A DNA stretch of 62,052 nt, taken from IMG/VR virus record IMGVR_UViG_3300017766_002106, positions 1 to 62,052 of that record. One strand, written 5' to 3'. A program made the position numbers and the translations under genes. Below, piece by piece: positions 8,390-15,844 of this stretch. The number at the start of each line of letters is the position of its first letter. Position 1 is the stretch's first letter. The notes under the pieces were generated by a model that was not told the origin of the DNA, ran no database searches, and was given only the letters and a program-made list of their open reading frames with translations. This stretch comes from a virus. Its lineage: Duplodnaviria > Caudoviricetes.

Positions 8390-9060
8390 TGTTTAATCAT
8401 ATTGAATTGGATCTCCCGACATTAGATCGGGAATTGATTGATGGAGTTCGTTATTACAAATTACCAAACGGATCTAAAAAGTTAGTATCTATTACGTCAG
8501 TCACAAGTAATTTTAAAAAAGAATTCTTTGAGTCCTGGCGTAAAAAAGTTGGAGAAGTAGAAGCAAATCGTATTACTAAAAAAGCAACGAGTAGGGGAAC
8601 TGATGCTCATACATTAATTGAGTATCATCTTAAAAATCTGAAATGCACTTCTGATGTTCTTCCAATATCGGAAATGTTATTTCAGATTTCTATTCCTACT
8701 CTAAAACGTATAAATAATATTCACGCATTGGAAGGTTCTCTTTATAGTGAATTTTTAGGTATTGCAGGAACAGTTGACTGTATTGCAGAATTTGATGGAG
8801 AACTTGCGATAATTGATTTTAAAACCTCAGCAAAACCAAAACCAAGAGATTGGATTGAAGGATACTTTGTCCAGTGCTGTGCATATGCTTGTATGCTTCA
8901 CGAATTAACTGGGTTATCAGTTAAAAAATTTGTGATTATTATGGCGTGTGAGAATGGTGAATGTGTTGTTTATGAAGAATATGATAAGACGAAATACATA
9001 AAACTTCTTGTCAAATACATTAAAAAGTTTGTTAATGACAAACTACAACAAATTTCTTGA
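8389..9060 (+). CDS. PD-(D/E)XK exonuclease
   Basis: SITSV, RGTDAH, AGTVDCIAEFDGELAIIDFKTS, YFVQCCAYA. Confidence 0.85.
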   Translation: MFNHIELDLPTLDRELIDGVRYYKLPNGSKKLVSITSVTSNFKKEFFESWRKKVGEVEANRITKKATSRGTDAHTLIEYHLKNLKCTSDVLPISEMLFQISIPTLKRINNIHALEGSLYSEFLGIAGTVDCIAEFDGELAIIDFKTSAKPKPRDWIEGYFVQCCAYACMLHELTGLSVKKFVIIMACENGECVVYEEYDKTKYIKLLVKYIKKFVNDKLQQIS

Positions 9061-9085
9061 CTTTTTTTAATCAAAGAATTATAAT
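9057..9085 (+). promoter_or_regulatory. Sigma70-type promoter
   Basis: TTGACT-17 nt-TATAAT. Confidence 0.75.
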
Positions 9086-9111
9086 ATCGCAATAGTTTAT
9101 GAGTTAAAAAA

Positions 9112-9405
9112 TTGCCACCTACAATCTTAGAGTTAATGGAGAACACAATCGAGAAAGAGTTTGAAAAAGTTTTAGAAGAAAAATTTATTTGCCCCTCTAA
9201 ATTTGCTCAAGAGGTTGAAGCAATAGTCCAAGAAAATCCAGATGTCAATTATATCGATGCTGTGATTATTTTTTGTGAAAGAAATAAAATAGATTTAGAG
9301 TCAGTTCCTAAACTTCTTTCAAAACCATTGAAAGAAAAAATTAAGTTCCAAGCAATGGAACTCAACTTTTTGAAAAAAACTTCACGCGCACGTTTAGTAT
9401 TTTGA
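9112..9405 (+). CDS. gp33: Late transcription coactivator gp33 (alternative start ATG 9136)
   Basis: FAQEVE..V...YIDAVIIFCE..IDLESVPKLLSKPLKEKIK..A..LNFLK; upstream of gp59 and gp32 as in T4. Confidence 0.85.
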   Translation: MPPTILELMENTIEKEFEKVLEEKFICPSKFAQEVEAIVQENPDVNYIDAVIIFCERNKIDLESVPKLLSKPLKEKIKFQAMELNFLKKTSRARLVF

Positions 9406-9998
9406 AATTGGATCCCTTAAATTGTTATAAAACATATCTTGCTCTCAAAAATCATTTCACAAAACCAAATTACGATTATCAAAAATATTGCGGAAAAGTA
9501 AAAGCATCTCTTCAGGCTTTCTATAAGCGTAAAGATAGGATGTGGTTTGAAAAAATGAGTCGACAAAAAACCGACGAAGAGATTATTAATTTTTTTGTTG
9601 CTAATTTTGTCTGTTGTGATGATCCACAATCTCTTTGGATTGGTGAAATTATAAGAGATGGTGAAACTAGATATAAGAATTGGAAAAAAAGAACCGAGTC
9701 GATTTCTTATTTCTTCAAAGAGGAAATCGATACGGTTTTTACGTCTAAGAATTTTGAGAATATGTTTATGATCGATGGTAATAGACATCCTCAACTTTTA
9801 AAAGAACATCTTCAGGGGAAAATTTCTCTTGAGACTATGGTTATTTTGAATAACATTCTTAACTACAAGTCAGACTTTGATAAAAAACTTCAAGATCCTA
9901 TATGGGAATTTGTTTCCTTGAGGATTTTAAAATATTCTTCATTCCTACATACAGATATATTTAAATGTAAAAAGATCTTAAAGGAGTGTGTATTATGA
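9402..9998 (+). CDS. gp59: Helicase loader gp59
   Basis: YKTYLALKNHF...YDYQKY.GK...F.KRKD..FEK; synteny gp33-gp59-gp32. Confidence 0.88.
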   Translation: MKLDPLNCYKTYLALKNHFTKPNYDYQKYCGKVKASLQAFYKRKDRMWFEKMSRQKTDEEIINFFVANFVCCDDPQSLWIGEIIRDGETRYKNWKKRTESISYFFKEEIDTVFTSKNFENMFMIDGNRHPQLLKEHLQGKISLETMVILNNILNYKSDFDKKLQDPIWEFVSLRILKYSSFLHTDIFKCKKILKECVL

Positions 9999-10336
9999 GT
10001 TTCTTTGACTCTGAAGTTGTAAGAGCAGAGATGACCGAGATCTCTGAACTTCAGGAAGAAATCTATAAGAATGTTTTCAACTTCTTTAGGATGAGTAATG
10101 AAGATAAAATAGAACACGTTAATCTTTTACAAAAACTTCTTCAAAAACAACAAATTCTTTATACTCGCTTAAGTCTTTCTGATGATCCAGAAGCAAAGGA
10201 AATGAAAGAACGTGTTATGGAATCTGCTACTGTAATGGGTCTTCCTAAGGGAACGGACATTAATATTATCTTTAAAAATATGGAATCTCTCATTGATATG
10301 ATGAAAGGACGTATTGACGCCGAGGGCAATCCCTGA
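9995..10336 (+). CDS. DUF1825-like protein
   Basis: MSFFDSEVVRAEM...QQILYTRLSLSDDPEA. Confidence 0.75.
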   Translation: MSFFDSEVVRAEMTEISELQEEIYKNVFNFFRMSNEDKIEHVNLLQKLLQKQQILYTRLSLSDDPEAKEMKERVMESATVMGLPKGTDINIIFKNMESLIDMMKGRIDAEGNP

Positions 10337-10342
10337 TATACT
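10314..10342 (+). promoter_or_regulatory. Sigma70-type promoter for gp32
   Basis: TTGACG-17 nt-TATACT. Confidence 0.7.
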
Positions 10343-10407
10343 AAGGGCAAGCGGCTGGGGGATCCGCACCAAAGTTAACCCACACAAGCCAAATACGGAG
10401 CATACAA

Positions 10408-11385
10408 ATGTCTTTCGCAAATCTTAAAAAGCAATCTAAACTGGGTTCTCTTACCGATAAACTGGTGAAAGAAGTTGAAAAAATGGGTTCTACATCTTCA
10501 GGAGAAGATACCCGTTTCTGGAAACCTACGATGGGTAAGGATAACGTAGGTTCTGCTGTTATTCGTTTTCTTCCTGCTCCAGATGGGGAAGATATTCCTT
10601 GGGTAAAAATGTTTGCTCACGGTTTCCAAGGTTCTGGTGGTTGGTATATTGAGAACTCTCTGACTACTCTTGGTCAAAAAGACCCCGTAACCGAATACAA
10701 TCGCGGTCTTTGGAATAGCGGTAACGATAAAGATAAAGAAACTGTTCGTAAGCAAAAGCGTAAGTTGTCTTATTACAGCAACATTTACGTTGTAAAGGAT
10801 CCTACCAACCCTGAGAACGAAGGTAAGGTCTTCCTGTTTAAGTTCGGTAAGAAAATCTTTGATAAAATTCTGAATGCAATGCAACCAGAATTTGAAGATG
10901 AGACTCCTATCAACCCATTTGATTTTTGGGGTGGAGCAAACTTCCGCCTTAAGATCCGTAAGGTTGAAGGTTATTGGAACTACGATAAATCTGAGTTTGA
11001 TTCTGCTGGTCCTCTTCTTGACGATGACGATGCAATGGAAGCAATCTGGAAGAAAGAGTATTCTCTTTCGGCACTCATTGCTCCAGATCAATTCAAAACC
11101 TACGAAGAACTTGAGAAGCGCCTGAACTATGTTCTTGGCGTAGGTAAAGTTGCTCCTAAGACTTCTTCTGCTGATGAAGAGGAAGAATATGAATCTTATA
11201 TGCCTAAGCGTTCTTCTGAGGAGAATGTAATGGAAGAACTTGAAGCTTCTTATCGGAAGAGTAAATCTGCTCCTCCAGTTCCTCAAAGTGTGAAAGAAGA
11301 ACTTAATCGTCTTTCGTCCTCTGCTTCTGATGATGAAGATGAAGACGATGCAATGAGTTACTTCAAGCGCCTTGCTGAAGAGTGA
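10408..11385 (+). CDS. gp32: Single-stranded DNA-binding protein gp32
   Basis: DTRFWKP, AVIRFLP, WYIENS, FGKKIFDKI, NYDKSEF; acidic C-tail. Confidence 0.96.
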   Translation: MSFANLKKQSKLGSLTDKLVKEVEKMGSTSSGEDTRFWKPTMGKDNVGSAVIRFLPAPDGEDIPWVKMFAHGFQGSGGWYIENSLTTLGQKDPVTEYNRGLWNSGNDKDKETVRKQKRKLSYYSNIYVVKDPTNPENEGKVFLFKFGKKIFDKILNAMQPEFEDETPINPFDFWGGANFRLKIRKVEGYWNYDKSEFDSAGPLLDDDDAMEAIWKKEYSLSALIAPDQFKTYEELEKRLNYVLGVGKVAPKTSSADEEEEYESYMPKRSSEENVMEELEASYRKSKSAPPVPQSVKEELNRLSSSASDDEDEDDAMSYFKRLAEE

Positions 11386-12057
11386 TTAGTTCTCGTAAAG
11401 TCTGATATCATCAACTCTCTTAAGGGTGGGGTCAACGTATTGATCTCCACCCTCTTTATATGGCATTGTATTTTCCATATCATTCATTATAACAGGAACA
11501 TAGTCTGATTTAAGTAAGAAAATATTTCTCTTTTTCTCTTCCTTTCTTATTTCATAATCATAGTTTGAAATTGCAATAGTTATATTAAACTGCTGTTTAT
11601 CTTCACCTAGACCATAATCAAAATATCTGATATTAAAAGATGACGGGACAGTTAGTCCAGATTTAACCATAATATTTCCAGAACTATCTTTAACTTCTAT
11701 AGTCTCATAGTGATGAGTTCCATAAACAGCATCATAAGTATTATATTTTTCTAATAAGTATTTGTCGAAGGTTTCCTGACTCATTGGCCACTCATCATAT
11801 ACATTGACGATGTTGTTTGATAAAAGAACGATCCAATCTAAAGAAGAATCTCCATAAATTTTTTCAGCAACATTATCAGGTCTTTCGTCTCCGATAACAT
11901 CATATTTGGTAAAAAAGATTAGGTTTCCAAAAATATCATCTCTAATTTTACCCCTTTTAAATAAATTTTTTGTTCTTGTGTAATTTGATATTTGATCCTG
12001 AGACGTATTTCTATTGATATATTCTAAATTTGGTAAGTATCTAAAGTAGTATGCCAT
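11386..12057 (-). CDS. gp53: Baseplate wedge subunit gp53
   Basis: YFRYLPN, GDERPDNVAEKIYG...WIVLLSNNI...EWP, HHYET. Confidence 0.9.
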   Translation of the reverse strand: MAYYFRYLPNLEYINRNTSQDQISNYTRTKNLFKRGKIRDDIFGNLIFFTKYDVIGDERPDNVAEKIYGDSSLDWIVLLSNNIVNVYDEWPMSQETFDKYLLEKYNTYDAVYGTHHYETIEVKDSSGNIMVKSGLTVPSSFNIRYFDYGLGEDKQQFNITIAISNYDYEIRKEEKKRNIFLLKSDYVPVIMNDMENTMPYKEGGDQYVDPTLKRVDDIRLYEN

Positions 12058-12060
12058 TTT

Positions 12061-13431
12061 TTACCATCCCATTCCTGTTTTACCATCGCCCTTTTCATAA
12101 TCTGGTTCGTAGATAGGATCAATCTCTCCGAAAGTCATACTTAAATCATATTGAGTCATTGATCCTCCCTCAGCATAAGTCATATAATTTCCATCTGGTG
12201 AGTAATTAACAGAGAAATCTCTTAATGCTGCTACTTTAATTCTATTTAAGTATGGGTGATTTTCTGCTCTATCTCCTCTTCCAGTGTAAATGTATCTTAT
12301 TTTGAATACATTTGGCGCTAATAGGAATAGTTTTGATTGAGATAGACCAGGAACCATACTCTTTTTAAAGTATCTGATGATGTCTTTAATCTGTTGTGCT
12401 TCTTTTGGTTCTCTTGGAGTCAGTTTAAAATTAAATGTAAAACTTCTTAGCATCGGTCCATTGAATAATAATTCAAGGTTATTGTTTATTGCTCCTCCAA
12501 TTGTTCTTGAAAGCAATCCTGGTCTTCCGACTGCTTGCTCCGTAAAATAATTGATTAAAAGTGCTCTTAATTCTGGACCAGCTGACTCAAAAGATTTTCC
12601 TACATCTCTAGTCGAGTTAGCAATTTCCTTAAAATAATTACCAGCATCACCAGCACCTGCCGCACCAATTATATTATAAGCAGCACTTGCAAATGCTGCA
12701 GTGATTGGATTTAGATCTCCTGATCCCCAATCGACTGACATTGAGTCAACAATTCCCGATTGAATTGGGAGGCAAATTGTCGCCAATGTTTCTGATTTTC
12801 TATCCTCCATTCCAGTTAAGGCAACACTAAAACGATCTGTTCCTTGCGTTCCAGCTGGTGCAAGACCAGATTTTTTATATGATTTAATTTCAAATTGAAT
12901 ATAATCACCACCAATACCCTGCCTATTTAAAGGATAAACAAGAAGTTTTCCTTTATCATAATTGTTTATTCTTGTCGTTGCTTCTCCAAAAGGATTGGTA
13001 TTTGCGTCATAAGCAAAGTTTTCAGATGTTCCTCCAGTATTTGGTGCTGCCGTTGATGCTGGGGCAGGGGGATCAGTCGCAGTTGCTGGACCAACTCCAG
13101 CAGTTTTAGCACCGTTAGATAAGTATGATTGAACGGATGCTTTTAATTTTTCAGTTGTTGCCGCATTATATCCGGATATTTGCCCATTTGCAACATCTTG
13201 AATACTAGTATATTGAGATGTTGAAGCACCCGCTCCTCTTCGATATAATATATCTCCATTGTTTGCAATCGAGATATACATTGTTTTGACAATCGGATCT
13301 GTACTATTTGGGTCTAAAGGCACAAATCCATTCGTTGCTAATTTATTATTTCCATTTGCGTCCTTATATGTATTATTTACAAAAGTTTTTTCGTTTGTAA
13401 TTGTAGTATCTTTGACATTCCAAAAAGGCAT
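12061..13431 (-). CDS. gp48: Baseplate tail tube cap gp48
   Basis: NNNLELLFNGPMLRSFTFNFKLTPR...EA..I..II..FK; VNYSPDG; LSMTFGE. Confidence 0.85.
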   Translation of the reverse strand: MPFWNVKDTTITNEKTFVNNTYKDANGNNKLATNGFVPLDPNSTDPIVKTMYISIANNGDILYRRGAGASTSQYTSIQDVANGQISGYNAATTEKLKASVQSYLSNGAKTAGVGPATATDPPAPASTAAPNTGGTSENFAYDANTNPFGEATTRINNYDKGKLLVYPLNRQGIGGDYIQFEIKSYKKSGLAPAGTQGTDRFSVALTGMEDRKSETLATICLPIQSGIVDSMSVDWGSGDLNPITAAFASAAYNIIGAAGAGDAGNYFKEIANSTRDVGKSFESAGPELRALLINYFTEQAVGRPGLLSRTIGGAINNNLELLFNGPMLRSFTFNFKLTPREPKEAQQIKDIIRYFKKSMVPGLSQSKLFLLAPNVFKIRYIYTGRGDRAENHPYLNRIKVAALRDFSVNYSPDGNYMTYAEGGSMTQYDLSMTFGEIDPIYEPDYEKGDGKTGMGW

Positions 13432-13517
13432 CAGAAATTCCCCCTACGCGCAAGGGATGCAAGAACTTTACGTGATCTATTCCTTATTGACATTTTGACG
13501 ATAAAGTTCTTTATGTA

Positions 13518-13525
13518 TATTTATA
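13518..13525 (-). promoter_or_regulatory. T4 late promoter TATAAATA for gp48-gp53
   Basis: Perfect consensus on minus strand (tatttata on plus). Confidence 0.75.
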
Positions 13526-13976
13526 GACCTAATTCGTCTTCTGTGATAATTCTGAATTCTATTCTTCGATCATCACACCATTCTTTTGCTGCTCTCCATT
13601 TGGCAACATTTTTTTCATAAGTTAATGCTTCAGTTATATAAGTTTTATTTTGTTTTTTTGGAGAACGAACAGGTGGTTTAGTTTGTTTTTTTGGTTTGAC
13701 TTCAATTAAATATTTTTTAATCAATCCATTTTGCTCTTGAACCTTGATGATAAAATCGGGATAATATCTTCTAACTTTATTTGTTGTTGGATCTACATAA
13801 GGAATAAAAAATTCTTCACTCCCCCACTCTAAAATATTTACCTTTCGGTCACAATATCTCATAAATCGAAGTTCCCAAGAACTCCTGTAAATAATATTTC
13901 TTGGATCTCCTTTATATTTTTGAGGATTTTGTGGGTTAAATCTTCCCTGATGATACTTGCTTTCCCGATCTCTCAT
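13521..13976 (-). CDS. gp4: Head completion nuclease gp4
   Basis: PQNPQKYKGD, YRSSWE, WGSEE, RYYPDF, IEVKP, NVAKWRAA, ITEDEL. Confidence 0.92.
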   Translation of the reverse strand: MRDRESKYHQGRFNPQNPQKYKGDPRNIIYRSSWELRFMRYCDRKVNILEWGSEEFFIPYVDPTTNKVRRYYPDFIIKVQEQNGLIKKYLIEVKPKKQTKPPVRSPKKQNKTYITEALTYEKNVAKWRAAKEWCDDRRIEFRIITEDELGL

Positions 13977-14003
13977 ATCCCGACTACATAATATATAATA
14001 AAA

Positions 14004-14011
14004 TATTTATC
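14004..14011 (-). promoter_or_regulatory. Late promoter for gp4 (GATAAATA)
   Basis: Near-consensus in the divergent intergenic gap. Confidence 0.5.
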
Positions 14012-14014
14012 CTA

Positions 14015-14917
14015 ATGGCAGGAGCTGTAGCAAAGCATTATAAGGTTTCGGAAATTAAACAGAAATTGATGCGTCCGGCGCAGACTTCTGTTTATATGGT
14101 AGAGGTATTAACAAATCCAGCGGTAAATTCTTTTGTTTCCAGTAGGGGAGTTAGTGAAGCAAAGCATAAGGAAATGATTAATCTTGCTTGCTGTGAAGCA
14201 AGTCTTCCTGGATCTAGTTTAGCAACGCACGAAGTTAATAATGACTATCACGGATCAACTGAAAAAATGGTGTATCGTAGAATTTACGATGACACTATTG
14301 ATTTAACTTTTTATGTTGATCACGAATATGCAGTTATTAAATATTTTCAGGGATGGATGAATTTTATTGTTGGTGAAGGGGAATACTTTGACTCAGAGCA
14401 GTATAAAAATCCTGCAACTTTTTACAGGATGCAATACCCAAAAAGATATAAGAGTGACATTCACCTTATTAAATTTGAAAAAGATGTAAGTAAAAATTCT
14501 CCCAGACCCACACTTCAATATCAATTTATACAAGCATTTCCGATCAATATTGTTTCTACTCCAATATCTTATGATGCAAGTGATTTATTAAAAATTACAG
14601 TTTCGTTCTCTTATGTTAGATATGTGATGACTAATAGATTTAGTCCTTCTTATCAAAATGCAACTAGAAAACCTCCCATCATAGGAGATCCTGCAGACCA
14701 ATCTACAATAAATGGAAATGCTTTAAGTCCTTCATATCCATTTACTCCAGGAGTTCCTGAGTTATATACTACAGCAACAGCATTGGATGGAACTCAATAT
14801 TTTAATGACAGTTTAAGAAATTTACCAAATACATTTTCTTATAACTCTTTTACACCAAATGCTTCTAACCCACCAGTTGGTGATTTTGGAACTCCTGGAA
14901 CCTCTGGATTTGCGTAA
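14015..14917 (+). CDS. Tail-tube-like baseplate protein (gp54-like tail tube initiator)
   Basis: CCEASLPG, YRRIYDDTIDLTFYVD, F..WM, AFPINI...LKITVSFSY tube fold; position next to gp26. Confidence 0.65.
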   Translation: MAGAVAKHYKVSEIKQKLMRPAQTSVYMVEVLTNPAVNSFVSSRGVSEAKHKEMINLACCEASLPGSSLATHEVNNDYHGSTEKMVYRRIYDDTIDLTFYVDHEYAVIKYFQGWMNFIVGEGEYFDSEQYKNPATFYRMQYPKRYKSDIHLIKFEKDVSKNSPRPTLQYQFIQAFPINIVSTPISYDASDLLKITVSFSYVRYVMTNRFSPSYQNATRKPPIIGDPADQSTINGNALSPSYPFTPGVPELYTTATALDGTQYFNDSLRNLPNTFSYNSFTPNASNPPVGDFGTPGTSGFA

Positions 14918-14948
14918 TAAATAAAACACCTGAATTGTATAGGAGATT

Positions 14949-15668
14949 ATGCCTTTACCAAAGATTTCTACTCCGACTTATGAGTTGGAATTGCCATCAA
15001 CTGGAGAAATAATTAGATATAGACCCTTCCTAGTAAGAGAAGAAAAACTTCTTGTTCTTGCTCTTGAGAGTGAAAATACTAAAGAGATTACTAATGCAAT
15101 CAAAACGGTTATTAAAAATTGTATTCAATCAAAAGGAATTAAAGTAGAAACTTTACCGACATTTGATATTGAATATTTGTTCTTGAATATTCGCGGGAAA
15201 TCAGTTGGTGAAGAAATCGAAGTTAATTTGATTTGCCCAGATGACAATGAGTCTACAGTCTTAACTAAGATCGCTGTTGATGATATTCGGGTTAAAAAGA
15301 ATGAAGAGCATACTAATCAAATTAAGATTGATGATAATTTGATGATGGAAATGAAGTATCCATCATTAGATCAGTTCATTAAGAGTAATTTTGATTTTTC
15401 TTCTGGAAACAATATGGATCAATCTTTTGATTTGATTGTTTCTTGTATTGCTAAGATTTATAATGCAGAAGAAGTTTGGTCTTCATCAGATGTGACTAAG
15501 AAAGAACTTGTTGATTTCTTAGATCAAATGAACTCATCACAATTTAAACAAATTGAAAAGTTCTTTGAGACTATGCCTAAACTTTCCCACGAAGTTAAGA
15601 TTACAAATCCAAATACAAATGTTGAAAGCACTGTTGTTCTTGAGGGGCTATCAAGTTTTTTCGCGTAG
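14949..15668 (+). CDS. gp26: Baseplate hub subunit/assembly protein gp26
   Basis: MPLPKI.TPTYELELPS, YRPFLVREEK, FDIEYLFLNIRGKSVGE, FFETMPKL, LEGLSSFFA; AATAAATA and SD AGGAG upstream. Confidence 0.92.
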   Translation: MPLPKISTPTYELELPSTGEIIRYRPFLVREEKLLVLALESENTKEITNAIKTVIKNCIQSKGIKVETLPTFDIEYLFLNIRGKSVGEEIEVNLICPDDNESTVLTKIAVDDIRVKKNEEHTNQIKIDDNLMMEMKYPSLDQFIKSNFDFSSGNNMDQSFDLIVSCIAKIYNAEEVWSSSDVTKKELVDFLDQMNSSQFKQIEKFFETMPKLSHEVKITNPNTNVESTVVLEGLSSFFA

Positions 15669-15670
15669 CA

Positions 15671-15841
15671 ATGGTCCATATGGACCTTGAGAATTATTAT
15701 AAGTTGAATTTTGCTTTAATGCAGTATCATAAATATTCATTGACCGAAATTGAAAATATGATGCCTTGGGAACGTGACGTTTATGTTATGTTGCTAGAGC
15801 AGCATCTAGAAGAAGAAAGGCAAAAACAACAGCAAAAATAA
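15671..15841 (+). CDS. gp51: gp51-like baseplate hub assembly protein, 56 aa (not in ORF track)
   Basis: MVHMDLENYYKLNFALMQYHKYSLTEIENMMPWERDVYVMLL..HLEEE. Confidence 0.85.
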   Translation: MVHMDLENYYKLNFALMQYHKYSLTEIENMMPWERDVYVMLLEQHLEEERQKQQQK

Positions 15842-15844
15842 TCA

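Noticed and set aside
8389-9060. Cas4-like nuclease suggesting a CRISPR-Cas locus
   Set aside because: No array or other cas genes; sits in the phoH-exonuclease-gp33 core phage context
11383-11388. Abutting convergent stop codons of gp32 and gp53 with no terminator
   Set aside because: Consistent with ordinary genome compaction; no further structure seen
13521-13976. TnsA-like endonuclease suggesting a Tn7-type transposon
   Set aside because: Matches T4 gp4 head completion protein in its structural-gene context; no transposase or ends
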